Virus record (IMG/VR): IMGVR_UViG_3300037264_003947
Location: 1-59,304 of that record
Length of the DNA stretch: 59,304 bases
Direction: 5' to 3' (one strand)
Source of the DNA: a virus
Taxonomy: Duplodnaviria; Caudoviricetes
In this document: in pieces, positions 37,358 to 47,994 of the stretch
How the letters are laid out: the number at the start of each line of letters is the position of its first letter
How positions within the stretch are numbered: position 1 is the first letter of the stretch
The notes under the pieces: generated by a model
What the model was told of the DNA's origin: nothing
Seen by the model: only the letters and a program-made list of their open reading frames with translations
Database searches by the model: none
Program-made: the position numbers and the translations under genes

Positions 37358-38685
37358 AAAAAGAATATATAGATCAAAATAGAGAGTTATTTAAAAACTT
37401 TCTAGAGGCAACTTTTTTTAAAAATTGGAGAGAGTCAAGTAGAGATAAAATTGCAATAGAAAATTATCAATCTGTAGAAATGTCTATAGGTTATAAATGC
37501 GATCTTCACTGCAAGTATTGTTATTATAGCAGATATGGTAAAGAACTCTATCAAAACAAACCAGTCAAGGCAAACGACATATTAAAAAATACTGAAAAGT
37601 TAATGAACTTTTTCGTTAAAAATAATATGTGTGTAAAAATAGAACTTTTTTCTGGAGATCCTTTTAATCTTCCTTATGTTTGGGATTATTTTGATATTAT
37701 TCTAAAGTATTCAGAGATGATGCCAATTGAAAAAAGGCCAGGGTATCTTTCTATACCTACAAATCTTTCTTTTTTACGATCAGAAGATGATACAAAATTA
37801 AATAAGATAAAAGATTATATATTAAAATTTGAGAAAATAGATGTTCCGTTTTATTTATCTGGTTCTGTTGATGGTCCTTTCATGGATAAGTTTAATAGAC
37901 CTTCGATAAAACAATTTAATTATGAAAAAAATTTTTATGATAAAGTATTAAAGTATGGGAAAGAGATTCGTTATGGTTATCATCCAATGATATACTCTAA
38001 CAATATAGAAAACTGGATAGAAAACTTTCTCTGGTTTTATTATTTAACAGAAAACCTATATTTACTAGAAGTAAGAAATGCTGAATGGACCGAAGAACAA
38101 TGTGTTCAAATTTATTATTTAATGAAGTTTATAATTCATTTTCTCTATAATGCAAAAGATAAAGATATTAAAAAAATGAACGAAATTTTGCAAGCAAATA
38201 AAGGATACAATATTTTGATGAGTCCTTTTATGAGAACTGGGAGAGGTTTGGGTTGCTCAATGCAAAGTACTTTAAATTTTCAAATGAATGACCTAACTAT
38301 TGTTCCTTGCCATAGAACTTCTTATAATGAATTCGTCGCTGGTAGCATGATCCTAAATGATGATGGATCTTATGATTTTAATCCAAAAAATGTGGAATAT
38401 TATTTAGCAGAACAATCAACTCAAATAAATAGGACTTATCCATGTGTTTCTTGCTCTGTCAATGAAATGTGTAGTGGTGGATGTTTGGGTTCAAATTATG
38501 AATCAACGGGAGATCCTTTCGTTCATCATCCAAATATGTGCAGAATGGAACATTATAAAATAGCGGGAATAATACATGGGTTTGATGAAATTGGTTTATT
38601 GGACGAATTTATGCGTGGCCAGACTGAAAGAAAAAAATCACAAGTTCAATATGTTTTAAAGACTTTTGGAGAAAAAAATGGATAA
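37354..38685 (+). CDS. Radical SAM/SPASM peptide-maturase-like enzyme
   Basis: CDLHCKYC, FSGDP, SVDGP, SPASM GC...PCHR...CVSCSVNEMCSGGCLG...C. Confidence 0.92.
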   Translation: MKKEYIDQNRELFKNFLEATFFKNWRESSRDKIAIENYQSVEMSIGYKCDLHCKYCYYSRYGKELYQNKPVKANDILKNTEKLMNFFVKNNMCVKIELFSGDPFNLPYVWDYFDIILKYSEMMPIEKRPGYLSIPTNLSFLRSEDDTKLNKIKDYILKFEKIDVPFYLSGSVDGPFMDKFNRPSIKQFNYEKNFYDKVLKYGKEIRYGYHPMIYSNNIENWIENFLWFYYLTENLYLLEVRNAEWTEEQCVQIYYLMKFIIHFLYNAKDKDIKKMNEILQANKGYNILMSPFMRTGRGLGCSMQSTLNFQMNDLTIVPCHRTSYNEFVAGSMILNDDGSYDFNPKNVEYYLAEQSTQINRTYPCVSCSVNEMCSGGCLGSNYESTGDPFVHHPNMCRMEHYKIAGIIHGFDEIGLLDEFMRGQTERKKSQVQYVLKTFGEKNG

Positions 38686-39223
38686 AGATTTCAATTTAGT
38701 AGAAATAGAATTAAGAAAAGATTTTATTATAGTAGAACCTGATTTAGCATTTTTTACAAATGATAATAGTTTTCCAATGTTCTTAAAAGATTTCATGGAA
38801 AAATTATTTAACAACATTAAGGAAGCTATGGCCGATAAGGAAGTTTCCGAATTTAAAGATGTTAAAAATTGTTTGAAAAGATTTTTTCAATCAATTATTG
38901 ATGCCAGTAGTTTTAAATTGTTGGACTATAGAAGCATTTCCTTCTTAACCAATTTTTTACTTTTAATAAACAATTGGTTGTTAATGATAGAACAGGGAAA
39001 TCTTTTGCCATTTTTTGATTTATCTAAAGAAGAAGTTGATAGTCTCAAAAAAACTAGCGAAGATTTAACGGAAATAATTACTTTAAATTTGGATGTAGAA
39101 AATTTACACAATTTAACAAATAGATTAATGAAAAAAGCAGAACAAATTCTAGCATCAGTTCCATCTAACTTCAAAATAAGCGAACATTTTTTCAACGTCT
39201 TAAAGAAAGAAATAACTAAATGA
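38678..39223 (+). CDS. Hypothetical protein
   Basis: Helical ORF; ATG at 38678 after GGAG. Confidence 0.6.
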   Translation: MDKDFNLVEIELRKDFIIVEPDLAFFTNDNSFPMFLKDFMEKLFNNIKEAMADKEVSEFKDVKNCLKRFFQSIIDASSFKLLDYRSISFLTNFLLLINNWLLMIEQGNLLPFFDLSKEEVDSLKKTSEDLTEIITLNLDVENLHNLTNRLMKKAEQILASVPSNFKISEHFFNVLKKEITK

Positions 39224-40056
39224 CATTTATAAATAAAGAAAAGTTGCCAACAACAAATTTTTTATATTCCCTTAAGCATTTAGCAATTCCTAATAAAGTC
39301 ATTTTGACTAAATTGGAAATTAAAGATGTTGAATCATTAGAGACGCTAATATTTTTTAATCCTAATTACGATGATTTAAAATTAACTGAAGATCTAAACA
39401 AAAAAATAATATTGTTTTTTTCTTATATTGATGAAGAACTACTTCCACTTCTAGGACATCAGAACATATTAAAGATAATAGTTTTTGATGATTTGGATGC
39501 TTTATTTCTTACAAAAAATCATATAAGAAATTTTGAATTGGCCTTTCCTTCTATAGATAAAATAGATACTACAGATGTGTATAACTATTTTTCTATCTTT
39601 AATGATATACAAGATGTTGATGTAAGAAAAATAATTGAAGCCAAAGCATTATGTAATGTAAGTTATTTTGGTTATAAACATATAAACAAGACACTAGACT
39701 TCAATAAGTTAAAAGACATAATGTATGCAGGAATTAAGATAGTTCCTTTTGCAATATTTGACATGCACGAAAAAATAGCTAGATTTCAATATACAATAGA
39801 TTTTTCAAACAAGCATTTCCCAATAGTTTCATTTTACTCTGCTCTTTGCAACAAAATTCCAATCCATTATGGTAATAGATACTTTAAATGGATGGCTTCT
39901 GAAACTCAAAATCCATCTGCAGAAACTCTTGGCAAGATATTAGCAGATGAGAATTTTAGAAAAAACATCATAGAAAAACAACAAGCAAGAATGTCAGATG
40001 TTTTTAATAATAGACGAAAAGTGGAAGAAATTTTAAATGAAATTAAACCAATGTAA
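39220..40056 (+). CDS. Possible divergent GT-B glycosyltransferase
   Basis: C-terminal LGKILADENFRKNIIEK helix pattern; adjacent to a GT4-like gene; weak. Confidence 0.4.
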   Translation: MTFINKEKLPTTNFLYSLKHLAIPNKVILTKLEIKDVESLETLIFFNPNYDDLKLTEDLNKKIILFFSYIDEELLPLLGHQNILKIIVFDDLDALFLTKNHIRNFELAFPSIDKIDTTDVYNYFSIFNDIQDVDVRKIIEAKALCNVSYFGYKHINKTLDFNKLKDIMYAGIKIVPFAIFDMHEKIARFQYTIDFSNKHFPIVSFYSALCNKIPIHYGNRYFKWMASETQNPSAETLGKILADENFRKNIIEKQQARMSDVFNNRRKVEEILNEIKPM

Positions 40057-40879
40057 CGGACCAGTAAATAAATACTACGAACAATTATTAAATAATGGAA
40101 TCATTAAAGAAAGCGATAATGTTTTAGTAGATCCGCGTAACGAAAAGGAATTTCCTGATATTAACGATTTAGTTATCTTACAACAAGGAGATCTTTCTTG
40201 GAATGTAAAAAATTTTTCAAAAATAAAGTATATATTTACTCCATCTCTTTATCTATATGAAAAATATAGTTATAGTAAAAAAATATTTTTAATACCTTTT
40301 GCAATTGAGCCTGAATATAAAAAAATAAGTAAATGGTCTGATAGAGAAAACGCCCTTTATTATCACGGAAGAATAATTTCTGAAAAATTAGGAATAATTG
40401 GCTTAACGAAATTATGTTCAGAAGGAATAAAAATAGTTCTACGAGGACCAATTTGTAAAGAATACTGGACCGATAAAGATATTGAGCGTCCAGAATTTAT
40501 TTCCTATAAAGAAAAAGTCTCTAAACTCAATATAGAATTTTTACCACCCACAGATGATAAAGAAGTAATAATAAACGATCTTAACAAATACAAATTTTAT
40601 TTCACTCTATCTAATGGGGAATGCTTTAATCTCGCTCTACAAGAAGCAATAGCTTGCGGAACCATACCTTTAGTAAAACCTAATTTTGCGTATTGGTGGG
40701 CAGAACACTTAATACTACAATTTGAAAATACCAATGAACTAATTAAAAAATTCAATGGTCTAAAAGATATGGACATGGACGAATATTCTAGTCTACTTTC
40801 AAAAGAATTGCATAAAAGATTTAATTATGAATCTTTAATTAAATCGTATGAGTATCAGAAAAAAGAATTATTTCCTTAA
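40037..40879 (+). CDS. Glycosyltransferase, GT4-like
   Basis: YHGRIISEK and S..ECFNLALQEAIACG (E-x7-E). Confidence 0.8.
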   Translation: MKLNQCNGPVNKYYEQLLNNGIIKESDNVLVDPRNEKEFPDINDLVILQQGDLSWNVKNFSKIKYIFTPSLYLYEKYSYSKKIFLIPFAIEPEYKKISKWSDRENALYYHGRIISEKLGIIGLTKLCSEGIKIVLRGPICKEYWTDKDIERPEFISYKEKVSKLNIEFLPPTDDKEVIINDLNKYKFYFTLSNGECFNLALQEAIACGTIPLVKPNFAYWWAEHLILQFENTNELIKKFNGLKDMDMDEYSSLLSKELHKRFNYESLIKSYEYQKKELFP

Positions 40880-42116
40880 TTAAAATATCTATTTCTTCTA
40901 TCGTATTAAATCTATTTAAAGAAATTCTAACACTTTTAAATGCCTCTTCATCTGTAAGATCTAAAGCCTTTAATACATAAGAAGGTTTCTTTTCGTTAGC
41001 ATTACAGGCAGAACCAGCAGAAATAAAAATGCCTTTATTAGATAAATGTTCTATCAACTTCTCGCCATATATTTCTTTAAATGTTATAGAAGATGTATTT
41101 ACCAAACGAGGAGAGTTCTTACAATTAATTGTTGCTCCAAACTTAACTAATTGATCTTCCATATAGTTTCTTAAAGCTTCTATTTTTGGAAGATCGCTTT
41201 CTACCAAATTATCAATTGCCTCTCCCATTCCTACAATTAAAGGCATATTATAAGTTCCAGCCCTCTTATCCCATTCTTGATGCCCGCCTTGAATAAAAGA
41301 TTTAATTGTATTCATGTCTTTAATATATAAAACTGACACTCCAACAGGACCACCAAATTTATGAGCAGTAAAAGTAGCAAAATCAAGATTTCCTACCTTT
41401 ACATCTTTCATCTTTCCTAAACATTGGCACATATCAGAGTGAACTAGCGCATTAGGATTAGCAAACTTAATCTCATTAACATAATCATGAATAGGAAGTA
41501 TGCTACCAGTTTCATTATTGGCAGTCATTATACTTACTAGGCAAGGTTCTTTTGAAAGTTCTATGACTTTTTCTAGATCTATATAGCCGTTGTTAAATAC
41601 ACCTACTTCAAAAGCATTCATTTTTTTGGAAGAATTAATGATGCAACTATGTTCAATAGAACTTATAATGACCTTATTAAAAGTTCCTTTAATTACCATG
41701 TTATTAGATTCTGATCCAGAAGCGGTAAAAATAAGATTAGATGGTTTACAACCAATCTTATTTGCTATTTTAGCTCTAGCTTGTTCTAGATAAGCTCTAG
41801 TTCTTTCTCCAGCTTCATGTCTAGAAGAAGGGTTGCCAACTACATCATACATTTCTCTTATTTTATTTGCCACTTTAGGCAACACTGGATGCGTAGCATT
41901 GTTGTCTAAATAAATAAATTGATTAAATTTCTTACTAGTTAGCTCGTGCATTCTTTCACTTTTAGGTGATGGACATAAAGGACTATAAGAAGCATAATCA
42001 GAACTACAAGAAGAAAGCATTTCTTTTCTAATTTCTTCTCTTATTTTTTCTCTATCAAAATCTAAAATTGGTAAATCAATTTTTTTTGTTTCTTGTGTTT
42101 GCCATTCATATCTCAT
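40839..42116 (-). CDS. iscS: Cysteine desulfurase (IscS/NifS class I)
   Basis: IYLDNNAT, GNPSS.H, ANNETG, TAHKFGG (PLP Lys), RAGTYN, SAGSAC. Confidence 0.92.
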   Translation of the reverse strand: MRYEWQTQETKKIDLPILDFDREKIREEIRKEMLSSCSSDYASYSPLCPSPKSERMHELTSKKFNQFIYLDNNATHPVLPKVANKIREMYDVVGNPSSRHEAGERTRAYLEQARAKIANKIGCKPSNLIFTASGSESNNMVIKGTFNKVIISSIEHSCIINSSKKMNAFEVGVFNNGYIDLEKVIELSKEPCLVSIMTANNETGSILPIHDYVNEIKFANPNALVHSDMCQCLGKMKDVKVGNLDFATFTAHKFGGPVGVSVLYIKDMNTIKSFIQGGHQEWDKRAGTYNMPLIVGMGEAIDNLVESDLPKIEALRNYMEDQLVKFGATINCKNSPRLVNTSSITFKEIYGEKLIEHLSNKGIFISAGSACNANEKKPSYVLKALDLTDEEAFKSVRISLNRFNTIEEIDILIKEIILFSDTHTI

Positions 42117-42151
42117 ATTTTTATATATGAGCTAGTCGTAAAGATAAATTT

Positions 42152-42604
42152 ATGAATATACGCGAACTCATTGAAGCAACCGCCCAAGAAATGTATCGCC
42201 AGCTAGCCCTAAAGTTCCACCCTGATCGTGGTGGAGACCAAGAGAAAATGGCTAAGTTAAATGCTGCTAAAGACGAAGGCAATTGGGATAAAATAAAAGC
42301 AATGTATCATATGGTCGTCGAACCAGACCCAGATGAAGATGAGCCAGTAGAAAAACCACAGAAAGTATCACAACTTTACAAACTATACAAGCAATGGGCA
42401 GAGCAAATAGAAGAAGAACTCGCACAACGCGGCAGTCATGGAATAAAAATAACTATAGAACTACAAGGAACTAGTGCTAATGCTTGGGTATTTTGGTTAA
42501 TTAATGGCGTAAAAAGAAGTGTCTATATTCCAAAGATAGAACGCTTTAGAAGAAAAAAGGACTTCGCACTGGAAGTCCTTCGTAAATTCCAACAAAATAA
42601 ATAA
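42152..42604 (+). CDS. J-domain (DnaJ-type) protein
   Basis: YRQLALKFHPDRGGD.EKMAKLNAA with HPD. Confidence 0.85.
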   Translation: MNIRELIEATAQEMYRQLALKFHPDRGGDQEKMAKLNAAKDEGNWDKIKAMYHMVVEPDPDEDEPVEKPQKVSQLYKLYKQWAEQIEEELAQRGSHGIKITIELQGTSANAWVFWLINGVKRSVYIPKIERFRRKKDFALEVLRKFQQNK

Positions 42605-43213
42605 TTACACCTTCGATACTAATTTACACATTTCAATAAAATAATCTTGGCTAAAATCATTTTTCATTATATTAACATTTTTATGAACTAATTGAACATT
42701 GCCCTCAATATATCCTTTTGAACTATCTATTCTATCAAGTGAGGCAGAACACATTAACCATCTAGAATTTTTTTCATTTTTAAAGTCTATTGGCAAATTT
42801 GTCAAGGCACATTTTTTATTCTGTTTATTCCACAAATCATAAATATATTCTTTCGTTATTTTAAATTCTTTTTTTCCTTTTCTTTGAAATTTTCTAATCC
42901 AACTTCCCGGAATTTCTTCTATTCCTTTCCAGTTTGGATTCTTATCACCTTTTTTATTTATGACAGAACACTCATAACAACTTTTCGATTTATTTAAAAG
43001 ATTATAACAATTAACATCAACAATTTTTCCGCATTTACATCTACATTTAACATAAAAAATATTTATTTCATAAGAAATTTTACCTTTATCTTTTTTTGTT
43101 TTAAATTGTTTTTGTTTCTTTTTTGGAAAAGGTATCTCTAAAACTTCCCAGTCTCCATATTTATCTCCTATTTTTATTCTTTCTAGATATGTAGATTTCA
43201 TACTACCCCCCAA
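42605..43213 (-). CDS. HNH homing endonuclease next to RNR
   Basis: CRCKCG...SCYEC; SLDRIDSSKGYIEGNVQLVH..VN.MK. Confidence 0.85.
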   Translation of the reverse strand: MGGSMKSTYLERIKIGDKYGDWEVLEIPFPKKKQKQFKTKKDKGKISYEINIFYVKCRCKCGKIVDVNCYNLLNKSKSCYECSVINKKGDKNPNWKGIEEIPGSWIRKFQRKGKKEFKITKEYIYDLWNKQNKKCALTNLPIDFKNEKNSRWLMCSASLDRIDSSKGYIEGNVQLVHKNVNIMKNDFSQDYFIEMCKLVSKV

Positions 43214-43218
43214 TGAAT

Positions 43219-45207
43219 TTATTTTAACTTTACATTAGAAGGTAAAGAACAAACATCTCCATCACAATAAACCTCACCTTCTGGTTTAGTAGCAATGGTA
43301 TAGTTAGGAATTTTTAAGTCTCTAGTTAATTCTATATATTTTTCTTTGCTTATCTCTTCATATGGCATTTGTTCATATTTTCCTGCTTCGAGTGGCAAGA
43401 AAGAAATTGCCTTTAGCGTGTCTTCATAAGCTTCCAAAATGGATGAAATTTGATCTGCCTCACTCTCTTTAAAGGTGACTGTGATGGAAACATTATTATC
43501 GGCCCAGAATCGCTGAAAATCCACAGCATTTTTGACTTGTTCCCATATAGATACATCCTCTTTTCTTCTAATGAAATTTCTTTCCCATACAGGAAAATTG
43601 ACGATAGAAGTTTTACTCTTCTCCTCATCGTCCGTCCCATAAACAGATGTTTCAACATGATAACCAGCCTTAACCATTGGCTCTACCAATGGAGAATTAG
43701 TTGCAATTCTAACTCTTCTAATATAATACTCTGAATGGGGGTAATGAATGCCAGCACTTACTCCAGGAAGCAGTGAGACGCTTCCAGAGGGCTTTACAGA
43801 GGTAATTTTGATGGACTTAGGAATACATAGCCAATTAGAATATATCTCATCTAATTGCTTTAGATAAATATATCCCTCATCTGCCCAACGAAGCATAGCT
43901 CTTCTACCATGTTTTACAAAGGCATCAATAATGCCTGACATAGAAGTTCCTATACGCCTATTCTTCATCATAACAGCGTTGGTTTCTTCCCAGTGCGTAG
44001 GAGTTAGAGTTACTGACTTAGCATAAAGATATGCATATTTTAATGTTTCTTTATACTCTTCAAAATTTTCATGCTTAGATGGAAAGGTTTCTACCAAGCA
44101 GCAAAGTTCATATGATTCAAGTGTTTGTTCACCACATGGGTTAACCCCCGCCGCGAATTTGTCAGCATAATTTTCTGGGTCTTTAGTCCGCCCAAACTTG
44201 CGTATATTTTCAAGCCATATGACCCCTGGCTCTCCGTTTGACGCAATCGACTCAATGAACCGCTTATAGTCAGTCTTGCCAACTTCAGCGAACACAGAAT
44301 TATTGGATGCCCACCTGTGGGTCTTAAGTTCTTCCGCATGGTTCTTTGGGTCCTTCATGGTTGTGTATAATTTATCGTCGTGATTACCTATAGCAATCTC
44401 GGCAGAACGCCTTACATTACCAGCCACAACGCATACACCAATCATATTAAATATATCAACTATATCTACAGAAGAAAGTTGTTCTCCAGCCTTCGCATCA
44501 AACAATTTAACTAGGCTCTGATGAAGCGTCATCAATGGTTCAGGTCCAGATGCCACACCACCAAATCCCTTTATTGGAGCGCCGTAAGGTCTAACTAAAG
44601 AATAATCAATCTTGGGAAGCTTCTTTCCATAGAAATAAGCATCAATAATCATTCCTGTTGCTTCAACCCAACCTTCTCTAGTGTCAGGGATCTTAAATAC
44701 TAGATCATCACCAGCCTTTACTGGTTTTATAGAAATCTTTCCAGCACCCTTAGCATCAAATCCAACGCCAACGCCAAGCATAAGAGCATCCATAGTCCAA
44801 GTAAAAGCAAAAGAACCTCTAGTATCAATGTCTTCTGTAGAAACGAAAGCACAATTATTAAGAGCGGCACTTCCACGCTCCTCAATAAACTTCGTTCCCA
44901 TCATCCATAGACCACGTCCTGGTGGGAGGAATTTGAAGTTGAACATTTTATCATACATGATTTGAGCAGATCGTTGTGCTTTTGTATTTTTCCAAGGCAG
45001 ACGCAATCTAACACAGTGCTCTTTCTGGATTGAGAAACATCCCTCGACAACACGCCTGATCGTTTCGAACCATTGCTCATTTCTGTTCTCTCCCTCAACA
45101 ACCCTTGAGTAAGTTCTTAAATATACGAACTCTCCAAGTGGTCCCCATTCGGGTTTCTTATACCTATATTGATCAATGAATGTATCTGACAATGTGAATT
45201 TCTGCAT
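43219..45207 (-). CDS. nrdJ: Ribonucleotide reductase class II (B12-dependent, monomeric type)
   Basis: PPGRGLW, NNCAF, GNVRRSAEI, NPCGEQ.L, KPSGSVS, C-terminal CDGDVC. Confidence 0.93.
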   Translation of the reverse strand: MQKFTLSDTFIDQYRYKKPEWGPLGEFVYLRTYSRVVEGENRNEQWFETIRRVVEGCFSIQKEHCVRLRLPWKNTKAQRSAQIMYDKMFNFKFLPPGRGLWMMGTKFIEERGSAALNNCAFVSTEDIDTRGSFAFTWTMDALMLGVGVGFDAKGAGKISIKPVKAGDDLVFKIPDTREGWVEATGMIIDAYFYGKKLPKIDYSLVRPYGAPIKGFGGVASGPEPLMTLHQSLVKLFDAKAGEQLSSVDIVDIFNMIGVCVVAGNVRRSAEIAIGNHDDKLYTTMKDPKNHAEELKTHRWASNNSVFAEVGKTDYKRFIESIASNGEPGVIWLENIRKFGRTKDPENYADKFAAGVNPCGEQTLESYELCCLVETFPSKHENFEEYKETLKYAYLYAKSVTLTPTHWEETNAVMMKNRRIGTSMSGIIDAFVKHGRRAMLRWADEGYIYLKQLDEIYSNWLCIPKSIKITSVKPSGSVSLLPGVSAGIHYPHSEYYIRRVRIATNSPLVEPMVKAGYHVETSVYGTDDEEKSKTSIVNFPVWERNFIRRKEDVSIWEQVKNAVDFQRFWADNNVSITVTFKESEADQISSILEAYEDTLKAISFLPLEAGKYEQMPYEEISKEKYIELTRDLKIPNYTIATKPEGEVYCDGDVCSLPSNVKLK

Positions 45208-45234
45208 TTCTTCTCCTAAAGCGATCTATATTAT

Positions 45235-45678
45235 TTATGCCTTATTACCAGTAGATCCGAATCCACCAGCGCCTCTAGCTGTTTGCGATATATCATCTAC
45301 TTCTTCTATATCAAACTTTGGAATATAATAAACTACTCCTTGAGCAATTTTATCTCCATTCTTTATAGAAAAGGGATAAATAGTAGAATTGTAGAGTATA
45401 ATCTTAATTTCTCCACGATACTGTTCATCTATAGTTCCACCAAGAACTTCTATGCCATTCTTTAATGCTAGACCGCTTCTTTCTTGGATTTTCATATAAA
45501 TATTCCAGATAGAAGGAAGTTCTCTAGGTTCCCAAATCAAACCAGTCTCTACTATACTTCTAGAATATGGCTCTATTACCAAATCCTCATCAGCATAAAA
45601 ATCTATTCCAGCATCAGTATCAAAACTTCTAGTGGGAAGCATTGCTGTCGTGGTAATTCTTTTGAAACAAACTATCAT
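45235..45678 (-). CDS. dut: Trimeric dUTPase
   Basis: AGIDF, RSGLA, GTIDEQYRGEI, KIAQ, RGAGGFGSTG. Confidence 0.95.
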   Translation of the reverse strand: MIVCFKRITTTAMLPTRSFDTDAGIDFYADEDLVIEPYSRSIVETGLIWEPRELPSIWNIYMKIQERSGLALKNGIEVLGGTIDEQYRGEIKIILYNSTIYPFSIKNGDKIAQGVVYYIPKFDIEEVDDISQTARGAGGFGSTGNKA

Positions 45679-45710
45679 TTTAAAACTCCATCTAAAAAAT
45701 TTATTAGTTC

Positions 45711-45739
45711 ATTTTACATAAAAAATCGTTTTCTGTCAA
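45711..45739 (-). promoter_or_regulatory. Sigma70-type promoter for dut-nrdJ
   Basis: TTGACA-17 bp-TAAAAT. Confidence 0.78.
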
Positions 45740-45743
45740 TAAA

Positions 45744-45766
45744 TAAGGCTCCTCATCGGAGCCTTA
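45744..45766 (-). terminator. Intrinsic terminator after the structural genes
   Basis: TAAGGCTCC-loop-GGAGCCTTA then TTTATT. Confidence 0.7.
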
Positions 45767-45824
45767 GCGTTTGACCTATAAAGGTACAACGTTCATTAAG
45801 CATTTCTGCCTATATTTATTTATG

Positions 45825-46997
45825 TTATAAGTAAAGTGTCCAACGAGCTGTAATACTTACGTCATGTGATTTAGTTATGGGAGATATGTATCTCTTAGCT
45901 ATCATTATTCCATAAGGCATCTTTAAATAGTTCTTATACTCTTGTAGAGCTGAATCGTCTGAATGTGCATCATCTGATGGAGTATCGTTTCTCAAAATGA
46001 ATCTTGCATCGCAGAATAGTCCAGCTACCTTCAGTACATTTCCGTTATAGGGATAGAATATTCCAGCATTTGTTCCAGTTTGCTCTGGCATTGTAACGGT
46101 AAATGTTATTTTGTTTTCTACAGACGCATCATAGTCAAGTGCTACTTCTGTACCTGACTGATAGAACCTAGATTCTCTCTTGCTATAAATGAAAGCTGGA
46201 AGTCCTACACCTTGATATGCCTTCTGCAAGAAATAGTTTCCACTAACAGATTCAAGTTTACCAGAGTCACCTTTCAAACTTTCATAAAGACCTGTTTTTA
46301 TTGCTCCAGGAACACCAAAGTCACTATCAACTATAGTAGGTGTAACTAATGTAGTTGAATAAATATCATTCATTGACTTCATCTTATAAAGAGAGTCACC
46401 AGTGGCACCACCAAAAGTATTGCTGTAGTTGTTATCAGCGTTTGCTACACTGGCCCAAGACGCAGACCAAGTACCAGTTGGATAATAAGTTTGGAAATCT
46501 GCTGGCATTGAAGCATAACTTGCGTATTCATAACCAGTGCCGAAAAGAATTTTAGTTGGGAAATAAGGATAAATATAGTTAGTAGCAGAAGGAATGTTTG
46601 AGTCACCCTTAGACCACCAACCTAATGTGCCAGGAAACTTGACAGATGAGAAGAACTGTTCGTTCGACATCAAAGTTCCATCTTTATTGAAAGCGGAGTC
46701 ACCAGCAAATGCTGCTGAATAGTGGTCAGCACTGGACTTGGATCTTTGTTGTCCTACAGCAGAGAATGACTCTCCACTTAATATGTGCATCATTGAATGC
46801 TTGGCCCACATAGTTACAGTATTGGGGCCTTTATCGTGATAGAAAAGTTTTCCACGTTTATGGCCAAATATTTCTACTTCGCCACGCATAGAATACATTT
46901 TATCATGATTTTTTCTTTGATCTACTAAAAAATAAAACCCGTTCCTCAAAATATCTTTTAACATGTTTATCTCCAAATTTATCTTTCCAACTATCAC
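45825..46997 (-). CDS. Putative baseplate/tail structural protein (true start probably ~46964)
   Basis: Ends ...ITKSHDVSITARWTLYL; four GDS motifs; structural context. Confidence 0.55.
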   Translation of the reverse strand: MIVGKINLEINMLKDILRNGFYFLVDQRKNHDKMYSMRGEVEIFGHKRGKLFYHDKGPNTVTMWAKHSMMHILSGESFSAVGQQRSKSSADHYSAAFAGDSAFNKDGTLMSNEQFFSSVKFPGTLGWWSKGDSNIPSATNYIYPYFPTKILFGTGYEYASYASMPADFQTYYPTGTWSASWASVANADNNYSNTFGGATGDSLYKMKSMNDIYSTTLVTPTIVDSDFGVPGAIKTGLYESLKGDSGKLESVSGNYFLQKAYQGVGLPAFIYSKRESRFYQSGTEVALDYDASVENKITFTVTMPEQTGTNAGIFYPYNGNVLKVAGLFCDARFILRNDTPSDDAHSDDSALQEYKNYLKMPYGIMIAKRYISPITKSHDVSITARWTLYL

Positions 46998-47012
46998 CCT
47001 TAACTTTACAAA

Positions 47013-47035
47013 AAACCCCGTATTTCTACAGGGTT
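47013..47035 (-). terminator. Terminator followed by the GTAAAGTTAA motif
   Basis: AACCCTGTA-GAAA-TACGGGGTT-TTTT. Confidence 0.7.
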
Positions 47036-47039
47036 AAGA

Positions 47040-47843
47040 TTACACATCTAGACAATATTGCCCATTGGGGAAAGGTTTTGGCAAGCCATCAACTCTACTT
47101 ACATCTATTCCTCTTCTAATAAGTCCTTCTCTTGTATCGTAGTAAAGTATTAAAGTTGCCTCTAACACTCTTTCACCAAAAGAAGCTTTATGAGTTCTAA
47201 AATCTTTTACCTCTCCAGATCCTGTAGCTAGTTTTGGTTCTGGCAAAGCAACATCCATATAATTCATATTATAAGCAACAGATTTTTCACTACCTACACT
47301 AAAGCAACTAGACATTTTAGTGCCACCACCACTATTACTTACGCCATCATTAATATTTAAACTTAATGGTTCAAAAGTATTAACGTTCCAATTAGGAGAA
47401 GGAATTTCATCCCACTTGCGTAAAACAGTAGGATATATAGTAGTAGCATAAGTATAGGTATAAGCAATTTTTTCTTTAAAAATGGCTGATGCTATTACAC
47501 CAGTATTTGCTGGATTGGCCCCAAGTTTTGACGAATAAGAACTTTCTTGCGGAGTAAAATAAAACTCTCTTATGTTGTCAGCACTTATTTTCCAGCCAGG
47601 AATCTTAATGTTATTATAAGGATGAAGAATATAACCTGGTGCGGTTAGCGAATCTTCGTGCTTTCCATTAACTACATTAAGACCATCTACAGAAACAACA
47701 GATAATATTCTAATATAGCTATTGTTCTTTACTTCGATTACATACTTGGTTCCGTTTCTAGCTTCAATCCAATCGGTGCCTGTTCTATAATCACGATAAA
47801 TTGGGACTGGGCGATCATTAACTAAAATTCTCATTTGATACAT
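47040..47843 (-). CDS. Hypothetical protein
   Basis: AGGAG SD; SVDGLNVVNG...GY...IPGW...F.F...GVIA. Confidence 0.65.
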   Translation of the reverse strand: MYQMRILVNDRPVPIYRDYRTGTDWIEARNGTKYVIEVKNNSYIRILSVVSVDGLNVVNGKHEDSLTAPGYILHPYNNIKIPGWKISADNIREFYFTPQESSYSSKLGANPANTGVIASAIFKEKIAYTYTYATTIYPTVLRKWDEIPSPNWNVNTFEPLSLNINDGVSNSGGGTKMSSCFSVGSEKSVAYNMNYMDVALPEPKLATGSGEVKDFRTHKASFGERVLEATLILYYDTREGLIRRGIDVSRVDGLPKPFPNGQYCLDV

Positions 47844-47994
47844 AAAATTTCTCCTTGCGCTTTAAGCGACTTATATATCTCGGCCATCTTTTCTAGATTT
47901 ATCCTTATAAAATTCGTTTAGAGATTTATTTTCTTTACAGCAATAACAAATTTTCATAATTTAGGGACTTTAAATTTTATAGACCTATAAAGGT

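Noticed and set aside
4586-45207. Introns or inteins in terL, portal or nrdJ
   Set aside because: These ORFs are continuous and of ordinary length with no intein motifs; the HNH genes are free-standing
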